Assembly (NCBI GenBank): GCA_965662775.1
Contig: CBFIIW010000013.1
Span: 5,702 to 69,701, forward strand
DNA: 64,000 bases
Source of the DNA: Alphaproteobacteria bacterium
GTDB lineage: Bacteria > Pseudomonadota > Alphaproteobacteria > UBA7985
Direction of reading: 5' to 3'
Each line of letters begins with the position of its first letter. The stretch's first letter is position 1. Below the pieces are notes generated by a model. That model searched no databases, had not been told where the DNA came from, and saw only the letters and a list, made by a program, of their open reading frames with translations. Below are positions 42,782-51,554 of this stretch, piece after piece. A program made the translations under genes and the position numbers.

Positions 42782-43582
42782 TCAGGCCTCAAAGGCTTCG
42801 ATGATTTCGCCGTTTCCGTTGATACAGCAGGCGACTAACGGCCCGCCAAAACCACAACCAGCGTCGACAAAGGTCGCGTGATCCATCTCGGAAATACCAA
42901 TGTGGTTGGGGTGCCAGCCGACGAACACGCGCTGGAAGCCGTCGAAAGGCCGCTCAAGGCGCAGGAAGTTCGGATGCCCCCACCAGAAGCTGTCTGTCTG
43001 GCGGTCCAGCGTCAGGCTAGGATTAATGCCCGCGTGAGAGAACAAGAACCGGCGTTGATCGTCGATGGCTGCGCGCCGCATAGCCATAATCAGGGAATAG
43101 TGGCCGGGCCAGGCACGGATCGCATTGCGCAGGCCAACGGTATAGTTTGCAATTTCGCTCACCGACATGCGGGCAAACCGGGCAGCTTCGCGTCCATTCG
43201 AGCCATAGGCGCGCAGCGTGCCTTCCAGGCCATGTTCCAGCATCCACGCCAGCACGGCGGGCGGAGACTTGGCAAAGTGCAGTTGCAGCACCTGTTCCAG
43301 CATCTCCTCCTGCGCCCCGCGTAGGTAGGCGATATCGCGGGGGAAGAGAGTAAAGCGACCCATGAGGTGCCGGCGGAAGGCCAATACCTCGTCGACGACG
43401 TCGATCACCTGACTGCCATAGCCAAGCAGGTTTCCCATATAGACCACGCGATCGCCGTGCTCGAAGCGTTGCTCGATAACGTCGTGGATGGCGGCAAGGC
43501 GGCTCATGTCGCCGTGTACGCTGGAAATCATCCAGATCCGGCGGGCAGCGGTCAGTGTTTCGAACCGATCAAGACGACTCAT
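42782..43582 (-). CDS. Metallophosphoesterase-fold protein with degenerate catalytic motifs
   Basis: SSVHG, GN and LRGAQE in place of DxHG, GD and GNHE; retains HAG and D.GC.FGG.L. Confidence 0.78.
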   Translation of the reverse strand: MSRLDRFETLTAARRIWMISSVHGDMSRLAAIHDVIEQRFEHGDRVVYMGNLLGYGSQVIDVVDEVLAFRRHLMGRFTLFPRDIAYLRGAQEEMLEQVLQLHFAKSPPAVLAWMLEHGLEGTLRAYGSNGREAARFARMSVSEIANYTVGLRNAIRAWPGHYSLIMAMRRAAIDDQRRFLFSHAGINPSLTLDRQTDSFWWGHPNFLRLERPFDGFQRVFVGWHPNHIGISEMDHATFVDAGCGFGGPLVACCINGNGEIIEAFEA

Positions 43583-43818
43583 GGCGGCAGTCTCTCTGGT
43601 TGCACCGGGCAAAACAGGCTGGTGCAGGCTGGCGGATGGCCCTCGCTGGGACCAACGTGGGAAAGGTCGGCCGGGTAGCCGATGAAAAGGCTGCACCTCG
43701 AAATAAACGGGTGCTGAAATGCAAATATTACGCCGAGAGAATTGACCGCTCTGGGGCTAGGGGTCAAGCAAACCTGTCCCGATTCCACGTTATGCGAAGG
43801 ACAACAAAGACTGGAGGC

Positions 43819-43842
43819 AAAAAAAAGGGGGCCGGAGCCCCC
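43819..43842 (-). terminator. Intrinsic terminator after carD
   Basis: Minus strand GGGGGC-tccg-GCCCCC followed by T8. Confidence 0.85.
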
Positions 43843-43890
43843 AATCAATCATACAGATCAATACTATGGTGTGCCGAAACCTGCGGTCAC

Positions 43891-44385
43891 TCAGGCTGCC
43901 CGCAAGACCGTTTCAAGCCGCTCGGTGGCAGATTCTTCATCGATCTGCTCGATCGCCGCGAATTCGCGGGTTAAGCGGGCAAGTGCTGATTGGTAGATCT
44001 GCCGCTCGGAGAAGGACTGTTCGGGCTGTTCCTCACCACGGTGCAGATCGCGCACGACCTCGGCGATTGATACTGGATCGCCAGAGTTGATCTTCGCTTC
44101 ATATTCCTGAGCGCGGCGAGACCACATTGTGCGGCGCACTTTGGCGCGGCCACGAAGGGTGGTTAGGGCCGAGTCCATTACCTTCTTCGAAGACAGCGGA
44201 CGCAGACCCGACTTAGATGCTTTGGCTGTTGGAACGCGTAAGGTCATGCGTTCAGAGTCAAATTGAATGACAATAACCTCGACCTGGATGTCGCCGAGGT
44301 CCTGCGTTTCAATGCCTTTGACGTGACCAACCCCATGGGTTGGGTAGACGACGATGTCGCCCGCGTCGTATGAGTCCTGGGCCAT
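43891..44385 (-). CDS. carD: CarD/CdnL RNAP-binding transcription factor
   Basis: VVYPTHGVG, WSRRAQEYEAKINSG and SERQIY motifs. Confidence 0.96.
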   Translation of the reverse strand: MAQDSYDAGDIVVYPTHGVGHVKGIETQDLGDIQVEVIVIQFDSERMTLRVPTAKASKSGLRPLSSKKVMDSALTTLRGRAKVRRTMWSRRAQEYEAKINSGDPVSIAEVVRDLHRGEEQPEQSFSERQIYQSALARLTREFAAIEQIDEESATERLETVLRAA

Positions 44386-44529
44386 ATTTGTTTTCACTCT
44401 TTAGCTCTTTTTGTCTTGGCGGCAGGGATAGGGTGTTCTATTCCTGCATGGACTACTGGTGACGTCCCTTCACTCCGAGCGTGTCTTCGCGCCGGGGGTC
44501 AAGGGAGCTTTCACTGTTGTCATCTCCCC

Positions 44530-44558
44530 AAAATAGCAAAATTACAGGTCTGTGACAA
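44530..44558 (-). promoter_or_regulatory. Sigma70-type promoter of carD
   Basis: TTGTCA-N17-TATTTT with an extended TG on the minus strand. Confidence 0.55.
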
Positions 44559-44680
44559 ACACGGTGCGCGTTCTGCGCCGAAGTTGTCCACAGTTACAGA
44601 CATGCGACCCCGGCATACCCTTTGGCATGGCCGAGTCGGTTTATGCGATTGCAGCGCCGTTGAGGACCGTTGGCCGGGCG

Positions 44681-45019
44681 TTAATCGCCCTTGCCAGGGG
44701 TGGGCGAGAAGTACTTTTCCAGCTTGCCGCTGACACCTTTGAAGTTATCGGCGTCTGCCAGCGGCTCTTTCTTCAGCGTGATGACTGGCCATTGCTCGGA
44801 GAAATCCCGGTTCAGCTCGATCCACTTGGTTGCGTCCGGATCGGTGTCTGGCAGGATGGCGTCTGCCGGACACTCAGGTTCACACACGCCGCAGTCGATG
44901 CACTCGTCGGGGTGGATGACGAGCATGTTCTCGCCTTCATAGAAGCAATCGACCGGGCATACTTCCACGCAGTCGGTGTACTTACATTTGATGCAATCAT
45001 CGGTGACGACGTATGTCAT
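44681..45019 (-). CDS. fdxA: 7Fe ferredoxin (FdxA type)
   Basis: [24 protein letters not shown] and [12 protein letters not shown] motifs. Confidence 0.96.
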   Translation of the reverse strand: MTYVVTDDCIKCKYTDCVEVCPVDCFYEGENMLVIHPDECIDCGVCEPECPADAILPDTDPDATKWIELNRDFSEQWPVITLKKEPLADADNFKGVSGKLEKYFSPTPGKGD

Positions 45020-45113
45020 GCGCGGACCAGTCTCCAACGGGGCAGCGGGTGCAGGTGGTAGACCGCACCAATCGTTATTTTCGTTCTTGCTTCGACGCTT
45101 GAAGGCCGGAGGT

Positions 45114-45926
45114 TTAGTCCGGCAGCTTCACCGGTGAGGTCTTGTGCAGCCGGACCGGCTCCGTCTTGCGACGCCGTGACAGGATATTGAGCATTTCCAC
45201 GAAGATTGAGAAACCCATGATTCCGTATATCAACGCCTTGGGAGTCTCATAGTGAAGCCCTTCGCCGAGCAGGATCGCTCCGATCAGCAGCATAAAGGCA
45301 AAGGCCAGCATTTCCGTCGTCGGGTGCTGCTCCATAAAGCGGGTCAGCGGTCCGGCAGCAACCAGCATGATAAAGGTTGAGATCAACACCCCTCCAACCA
45401 TGATCGGCACCAATTGCTGGTAGGCGATACCCACGGCTGTCAGCACGGAGTCGATCGAAAACACCATGTTGAGCAGAAACAGTGTGGCAAGGATCTGCAG
45501 GAGTGGCAGACGCTTCTGCTCGCCCTCTCCGTGGCCGTGGTCGCCTTCGAGTTTCTCGAAAATCTCCTGCGTTGCTTTGTAGACGAGAAAGGCACCACCC
45601 ACGAACAGGATCGCGCCCTTCACCGTAATCTCGCTGTGGTCGTCGGGCAGGAAGGGCATCTTGAACAGTTTGACACTCTCGAAACGCAGCATAAGCCCGA
45701 TCGAGAAGATCAACGCGATACGGGCCACCATCGCCATGATAATCCCCAATGTCCGCGCACGGTCTTCTTGCCCCTTGGGTGCCCGCTTGGCGATGACGGC
45801 GATGAACACGACGTTGTCGATACCCAACACCACACCCATGAAGGACACGGTCAACAGGGACAGGATAGCTGGCAGGGTCAGCAACTCAGGGAGCGAGAGA
45901 AACTGAGAAATCATTTCAAAGGACAT
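45114..45926 (-). CDS. TerC family membrane protein
   Basis: [22 protein letters not shown] and FSIFVEMLN motifs. Confidence 0.92.
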   Translation of the reverse strand: MSFEMISQFLSLPELLTLPAILSLLTVSFMGVVLGIDNVVFIAVIAKRAPKGQEDRARTLGIIMAMVARIALIFSIGLMLRFESVKLFKMPFLPDDHSEITVKGAILFVGGAFLVYKATQEIFEKLEGDHGHGEGEQKRLPLLQILATLFLLNMVFSIDSVLTAVGIAYQQLVPIMVGGVLISTFIMLVAAGPLTRFMEQHPTTEMLAFAFMLLIGAILLGEGLHYETPKALIYGIMGFSIFVEMLNILSRRRKTEPVRLHKTSPVKLPD

Positions 45927-45983
45927 GGAAGTGGACCTATTGGTTGAGAGTACACGCCTCATTTACCGCCGCAGCGTCAGGAT

Positions 45984-46427
45984 TTAAAGGTCGCGCAGGC
46001 GGTCGAGATCGCGGCGTTCGCGCTTAGTTGGTCGACCGCTGCCGCTATCCCGGCGTGCGAGTCTGGCGGTACGAGGGTCTGGCGACGGCCCTGCCGCAGT
46101 CTCGGTCGTTCCCGATGCGTCCTCTCGCCCGGACCGTGTTGGGCGCTCGGGTAGGGGAGCAAGATCAGTATAGAGCAGCCGGGCCTCCTCATAGGGGCGC
46201 CGTGCGTTTCCCAGTGCGAGTACCTCGACGATGCGGACATTCGGCCCCTGATGAAAGGTCAGGACATCGCCGACTTTGACCTCGGCAGAAGCTTTGCGAA
46301 TGGAGGCTTTGTTGACACGGACCTTTCCGCCGCTGGCCACCTCGGCGGCAAGTGTCCGGGTTTTGAAAAAACGGGCGAACCACAACCATTTGTCAATCCG
46401 AAGCTTCTCAGCCGGTTGATCGGACAC
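45984..46427 (-). CDS. hslR: S4-domain heat shock protein 15
   Basis: RIDKWLWFARFFKTR S4 motif; GRPTKRERR. Confidence 0.93.
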   Translation of the reverse strand: MSDQPAEKLRIDKWLWFARFFKTRTLAAEVASGGKVRVNKASIRKASAEVKVGDVLTFHQGPNVRIVEVLALGNARRPYEEARLLYTDLAPLPERPTRSGREDASGTTETAAGPSPDPRTARLARRDSGSGRPTKRERRDLDRLRDL

Positions 46428-46434
46428 TGGCGAA

Positions 46435-49407
46435 CTACTTCTTCAACTGCGCAAGAACGGCGAAGGGGCTGTTCGGGTCGATTGGCTTATCAGCTTTTGG
46501 TGCTTTGCTGCCCGTCCTGTTGCCCTTGCTGCTACCGCCCTGTCCACCGCCCTTGCTACCACCTTTGCGGGCTGGGCGCGGGCCGTCCCCGCTGCCCTTT
46601 CCTCTGCGCTGGTTTTGTTCTTTGCCTTTGCCTTTGTTCTCGTCTGCGCTGGCGTCGTCGCGGGCGCGCTGTGGTGGGCGGCCCGCGCCGCGCCCTCGTC
46701 TCGTCCAAACCGGCGCATCTGAGGGCGCTTCCGCGGGCATTCTGGCCAGTGCCTCTCCGGCTGCTGCTTCACCTGCCGTTGATGCGTCGTCGGCCGTTGA
46801 TGCGTCGTCGGCCGTTGGTGCGTCTTCAGCCGTTGGTGCGTCTTCAGCCGTTGGTGCGTCTTCGGTCGTTGGTGCGTCTTCGGCCAGCTCTTCTCCGGAA
46901 GCTGTTTCGGTTGTTGCCTCAGCTTTCGCCGTGTTTACCGTCGCCTTCTCAGCCTTGGCCTTGCTCTCCGCGGCGGCGGCAGCAGCTTCTGCTGCACTCA
47001 AGCGAGAAGGGACGTAGCCAAAGGCAAACATCAGCCGTCGCACCATACCTTCATCGCAGCCCAGTTGCTTCTCAAGCCCTTCGGGTTGCAAAAAGTCCGG
47101 ATTGGCGCGGAACAGGCTGTGAAGATGCCCGGCCAGGCGATCCAAGGCCTCGACCTGACCCACGATGGGACGCTCGTCGCGCCCGCCACGGGCTGTCGGG
47201 TTAAGCGCTGCAAACCCAAGTGTCTGGTATAGCGACAGCGGCACGTTGCGCTCAGGGTGCATAACCTTTACCCCCTGCGCCGGTAGCTGTTCGCGAACGT
47301 CCGGTTGCTCGTGCCAGAGTGACCACAGGAGAACCCGCCAAGGCCAGTGCTGTTTGTTAGCCAGCCCGCGCATCCACACGGCAAAGCGGCCGATGCGCAC
47401 GCCGTGTTCATAGACAGCCTTGCGCTCTTCCTTTCCCAGCTCGGTGAGAAAGCCAGCAATTTCATCGCGGTTGATCAGGCCGAAGTTCTCAACCAGCTGA
47501 AAGGCCAGCCCGCGCGCTGTTCCCTGCAGCGGGGCGGATTGTAACTCGTGAAAGATCTTCATCCGGTTGCGCAGATGCGCGCGGACCCACTTTTCGGTCC
47601 GCTGACGAATTTTCTCGCGGTCTGTCCCCTGCAGCAAATCGTTCTGAATGACGTCAACGCCGGGGTAGAGCAGGCTTTCGCCCTTAATCAGTTTCGCAAC
47701 CTGAGTCTCGCGCCAGAGCAACTGACCAGATTCCGTCAGTCGAAAGGCGCCGTCGTTGTCGGCGAGCAGTTGTTGAACCCGGTTTTCGACTTCCTTGATC
47801 ATCACGCGCCGGGCGGCGGTGAACACCGGTCGGGCCGAACTGTCCAGAATCGAAGGGTCGGGAGAGAAGATCAGGCCCTTGATATGCCCAACATGCTCGC
47901 CTTCTACGGTGACTGTGCCTTCCTTGGCATCAATCTCTGTGTTCAGCTCTGAACCGTCCATCAAAACCCTCGCCATGATCGTCGTTCGACGATCGACAAA
48001 TCGCTGTGTCAGTCGTTCGTGTAGCGCGTCTGACAACTTATCATCAATCTTTCGTGCTTTTTCCTGCCAATATTTGGCATTTGTGACCCAAGAACCGCGA
48101 TGAGAGACAAAAGTCCAAGTCCGCACAGCCGCAATCCGGTTCACCAGCGCATCGATGTCGCCCTGCAGATTATCCAGCCGAGACACCTGCGTATCGACGA
48201 AATCCTCCGGTATTCGGCCCGCACCACGCAGAAGATAGCGGTAAATCTGGCCGAGGAGCAGCGTATGCTGGTCGAACAGCGTCTTGCGAAAGTCTGGCAC
48301 CTGCGCCACATCCCAAAGTGTCCGCAAAGCCGCCTTAGAGCGTGCAATGCGCGCAATGTCTTCGTCCTTGACCAGCACTTTCAGCGCCTGATGATCTTCT
48401 GCGTCGCGTGTGCGGGTCAATAGCGGGTGCGGCGGAGCTTTTTCCAGCGAGCGCATCAACCCGGAGATTGACGAGAAATCCAGATTGCGCGAGCGCCATT
48501 GCAGGACTTCGATCGGATCGAAGCGGTGGTTTTCCACTGCCTCCACGACGTGTTCCGGCAAACCACCGATCTCAGTGGTGGTGCAGAACGTGCCATTGTT
48601 CATATGGCGCCCGGCGCGGCCCGCGATCTGACCGATCTCTGGCGGGCGAAGCCGACGCGCCTGCCGCCCGTCAAACTTGCTGGTTTTTGCGAAGGTGACG
48701 TGATCGATGTCCATGTTCAGACCCATGCCAATGGCATCGGTGGCAACCAGATAGTCAACTTCGCCGGCCTGGTACATCTCAACCTGCTTGTTGCGGGTTC
48801 GCGGGCTCAGCGCACCCAGCACCACCGCGCAGCCACCCCGCATGCCCTTCAGTGACTCAGCAACGTGGTAAACATCGGTCGCCGAGAAGACCACGATGGC
48901 GCTGCGGCGCGGCACTTTCTGCAGCTTTTTGGGCGCAATGTAGTTGAGTTCGGAAAAGCGTGGTCGGGTTTCAATCTCGCAGTCGGGCAGCAACGCGCGA
49001 ATGACGCCAGCCATTGTGTCCGAGCCCATGAACATAGTTTCCATGGTGCCTCGTGCATGCAGCAGCCTGTCGGTGAAGACATAGCCCCGCTCCGGGTCAG
49101 CGCACAATTGCACTTCGTCGATGGCCAGGAAAGCCACGGACACGTCCAGCGGCATGGCTTCGACTGTGCAGATCCAGTAGCGGGGGTCCCGAGGGATGAT
49201 CTTTTCCTCGCCGGTAACCAGTGCGACCTGTGACACGCCTTTCTGGCGGACCACTTTGTCATAGTTCTCCCGTGCGAGCAGGCGGAGGGGAAAGCCAATC
49301 ATACCGGTCGCGTGGCCAAGCATACGCTCGATAGCCAAAAACGTCTTACCAGTGTTGGTAGGGCCTAGTACCGCCGTCATCGGCCCTTCGTATGCGGCAC
49401 CAGTCAT
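46435..49407 (-). CDS. mgpS: SUV3/MgpS-like SF2 helicase
   Basis: GPTNTGKT, PLRLLARE, DEVQ, ATDAIGMGLN, QIAGRAGR; C-terminal DPNSPFAVL. GAGG SD before ATG 49407. Confidence 0.9.
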   Translation of the reverse strand: MTGAAYEGPMTAVLGPTNTGKTFLAIERMLGHATGMIGFPLRLLARENYDKVVRQKGVSQVALVTGEEKIIPRDPRYWICTVEAMPLDVSVAFLAIDEVQLCADPERGYVFTDRLLHARGTMETMFMGSDTMAGVIRALLPDCEIETRPRFSELNYIAPKKLQKVPRRSAIVVFSATDVYHVAESLKGMRGGCAVVLGALSPRTRNKQVEMYQAGEVDYLVATDAIGMGLNMDIDHVTFAKTSKFDGRQARRLRPPEIGQIAGRAGRHMNNGTFCTTTEIGGLPEHVVEAVENHRFDPIEVLQWRSRNLDFSSISGLMRSLEKAPPHPLLTRTRDAEDHQALKVLVKDEDIARIARSKAALRTLWDVAQVPDFRKTLFDQHTLLLGQIYRYLLRGAGRIPEDFVDTQVSRLDNLQGDIDALVNRIAAVRTWTFVSHRGSWVTNAKYWQEKARKIDDKLSDALHERLTQRFVDRRTTIMARVLMDGSELNTEIDAKEGTVTVEGEHVGHIKGLIFSPDPSILDSSARPVFTAARRVMIKEVENRVQQLLADNDGAFRLTESGQLLWRETQVAKLIKGESLLYPGVDVIQNDLLQGTDREKIRQRTEKWVRAHLRNRMKIFHELQSAPLQGTARGLAFQLVENFGLINRDEIAGFLTELGKEERKAVYEHGVRIGRFAVWMRGLANKQHWPWRVLLWSLWHEQPDVREQLPAQGVKVMHPERNVPLSLYQTLGFAALNPTARGGRDERPIVGQVEALDRLAGHLHSLFRANPDFLQPEGLEKQLGCDEGMVRRLMFAFGYVPSRLSAAEAAAAAAESKAKAEKATVNTAKAEATTETASGEELAEDAPTTEDAPTAEDAPTAEDAPTADDASTADDASTAGEAAAGEALARMPAEAPSDAPVWTRRGRGAGRPPQRARDDASADENKGKGKEQNQRRGKGSGDGPRPARKGGSKGGGQGGSSKGNRTGSKAPKADKPIDPNSPFAVLAQLKK
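46776..46883 (-). repeat. Six 18-bp tandem repeats encoding (E/D)DA(P/S)T(A/T) in the helicase tail
   Basis: + strand units such as CCGTTGGTGCGTCTTCAG and CCGTTGATGCGTCGTCGG. Confidence 0.95.
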
Positions 49408-49523
49408 GGTGGAGACCTCTGTCCACGAGGTTAGGTCGCCACCGTTTCCGCAGGCAACGTCATCGACGCAGCGTGACAACATTTGCGGGTCCTGCGCAAG
49501 GGGCACAGGACTGCAAAGTCAGA

Positions 49524-49673
49524 TCAGAGGCGGGTAAGGGCCTCTTTGACCTTAAGTTTTTCTTTTTTGAGGGATTGAAGGCGAAGTCCATCGGGGAGGG
49601 GACGTTTTTGTTCATCCAGAATGGAAGCTTCGAGTTGTTGGTGGCGTCGTGCGAGTGATGCCTGGTACGACAA
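49524..49673 (-). CDS. YdcH/DUF465-family small protein (49 aa), absent from the ORF track
   Basis: TTG start with GGAG SD 8 nt upstream; MSYQASLARRHQQLEASILDEQKRPLPDGLRLQSLKKEKLKVKEALTRL fits the L..RH..LE..I......P.PD......LK..KL..K pattern. Confidence 0.85.
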   Translation of the reverse strand: MSYQASLARRHQQLEASILDEQKRPLPDGLRLQSLKKEKLKVKEALTRL

Positions 49674-49832
49674 TGGTCAATCTCCCTGCTGTTCTCGGTT
49701 AACACATATAACTTGGGCGCAAGGGAGGGTCGCGTCAAGAGCGGAACAAGACGCAAATATTGCGAATTTTGTAATTTTTTTCGATTTTCGACTGTGAGAC
49801 CCTAAAGATGTACCCGCCAGGCGAGGTCTTTT

Positions 49833-50429
49833 TTATGCGCCCATCATGCGCTTACGGAATCCCCCTAACCGACCAAAGATCCGCACAACTTCGCGCAGAC
49901 GTCGGTCGAGGAAGCGCTTGGTGGAATCCATGTCCTCGCTGTTGCTCGACAGCCAGTATGTCAGTGTCGCGCCATAAACGCCGGCCAGCAGGGTGCGTTT
50001 GGTAATATGGTTAAAGTCGCGATCGGCCGGGCCAACCGCATTCCAGGCGGCATCCGCCGTTGCCCAGGTTAGGCGTGTGCCCGTGTAGAGGTTTTGGGGC
50101 AGGGCCAGTACAGATAAACCGCGTCGCACCGCCTCACGCGCTGGTGCGGCATTTTCCAGTCGTCGGGACAGGATAGCGTGTAGCTTGTCAGTCACCCCCA
50201 GTTCGGCAAACCCCGGATCATCGTCGATTACTGCGAGCATGCGTTCGTCGGCGAGATGGGAATGCGCAGTGATCATCGCCACAGCATCGGGGAACCAGTC
50301 GTTGGCCAGTGCGAGCGGGGTGCCTGTTTCCTCCGCGGCACGGCGAAGTGCCGACTGAGTCCAGCCGTCAAAGGCGGCGTGGCTGGCAAGGGCGTCTATC
50401 AGGAGGCTGCGGTCAGTAAGGTTTTCCAT
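49833..50429 (-). CDS. COQ9 family protein (rpsU-divergent)
   Basis: AFDGW, AD..W...G...DFN..TKR..L..VY and D.....FLDRR motifs; divergent from rpsU. Confidence 0.88.
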   Translation of the reverse strand: MENLTDRSLLIDALASHAAFDGWTQSALRRAAEETGTPLALANDWFPDAVAMITAHSHLADERMLAVIDDDPGFAELGVTDKLHAILSRRLENAAPAREAVRRGLSVLALPQNLYTGTRLTWATADAAWNAVGPADRDFNHITKRTLLAGVYGATLTYWLSSNSEDMDSTKRFLDRRLREVVRIFGRLGGFRKRMMGA

Positions 50430-50653
50430 GGACGTCAAATGTCGTTGAGAACCCGGCAGGTCAACAGGCCGAATGGCCGCATCGCCCCGTCGCCCTCGGC
50501 CAGAACGGGGTTTCCATGCGTGATACGCACGGCCCAAGGCTTTGCTTTCCGAGCAGTTTTTGCTAAACAGCAGCCAAACTTGCGTGGAGTCACTGCGCGA
50601 GACCGATATTTATATGCCCTCGAAGGGCATTCAGAAAGGCTAGGGAGCACCCC

Positions 50654-50857
50654 GTGGAAGTATCTGTTCGCGATAATAATGTAGATCAGGCGCTGCGCGC
50701 TCTGAAAAAGAAACTACAGCGCGAAGGTGTATTCCGTGAAATGAAGCTTCGTCGGCATTTCGAAAAGCCATCCCAGCGCCGTAAGCGCGAGAAGGCCGAA
50801 GCCGTTCGCCGCTACCGGAAAGTGATGCGCAAGCGTATGGAGCGCGAAGGCTTCTAG
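50654..50857 (+). CDS. rpsU: 30S ribosomal protein S21
   Basis: [21 protein letters not shown]...FEKPS. Confidence 0.97.
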   Translation: MEVSVRDNNVDQALRALKKKLQREGVFREMKLRRHFEKPSQRRKREKAEAVRRYRKVMRKRMEREGF

Positions 50858-50884
50858 GCCTTTGTCAGAACCGACGGCTAAGGC

Positions 50885-51490
50885 GTGATAGACGCTCAAC
50901 TCCGACGATTCACCGACCCGCCGGCTGACCGCTTTGCTTCCTGGTTTGTCGCGCGGGGTATCAACGCCGATCAGGTTACGCTGGTCGGCTTTTTTATTGG
51001 TCTGTTGGCCGTGCCGACACTTTGGCTGGGGTGGCCGCTGTTGGCGTTACTTCTGATTGCCGTCAATCGGGTAGCCGACGGCATCGACGGTGCCATCGCC
51101 AGACAGACGGAAGCCACAGACCGCGGCGGATTCCTCGATATTTGTCTCGATTTCTTTTTTTACAGCGCAATCCCCCTGGGCTTCGCGCTCATGGATCCGT
51201 CACGCAATGCCCTCGCAGCTTGCTTCCTGATCTTCAGCTTTGTGGGCAGCGGGACGTCGTTTCTCGCTTTCGCTGTTCTCGCAGAGAAGCGCGGACAATC
51301 CACCGACATTCGAGGGCAAAAGTCATTCTACTATCTTGGTGGACTGACCGAAGGCTTCGAAACGGTGGTCTTTCTGGTGCTGGTGTGTCTATTTCACGGT
51401 GCGTTTTGGTGGCTGGCACTCATTTTCGGCTTCATGGCGTGGATCACAGCAGTCACACGGTTAATCGCAGGCTGGCAGCAGTTCCGCTGA
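50885..51490 (+). CDS. CDP-alcohol phosphatidyltransferase family protein (YnjF-like)
   Basis: DGIDGAIAR...G.FLD...D signature; GGLTEG.ET. Confidence 0.92.
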   Translation: MIDAQLRRFTDPPADRFASWFVARGINADQVTLVGFFIGLLAVPTLWLGWPLLALLLIAVNRVADGIDGAIARQTEATDRGGFLDICLDFFFYSAIPLGFALMDPSRNALAACFLIFSFVGSGTSFLAFAVLAEKRGQSTDIRGQKSFYYLGGLTEGFETVVFLVLVCLFHGAFWWLALIFGFMAWITAVTRLIAGWQQFR

Positions 51491-51554
51491 CGGTGAACGA
51501 GGTCGAAGCTGCGTTCGGATGTCGATCTGTCTGCGGCGATAATTTCGCGGGCTG

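Noticed and set aside
49698-49714. CtrA box (TTAA-N7-TTAA)
   Set aside because: Only one good half-site; the spacing does not fit.
49392-49756. ORFs 49392-49658(+) and 49460-49756(-)
   Set aside because: Shadows of the DUF465 small gene in another frame.
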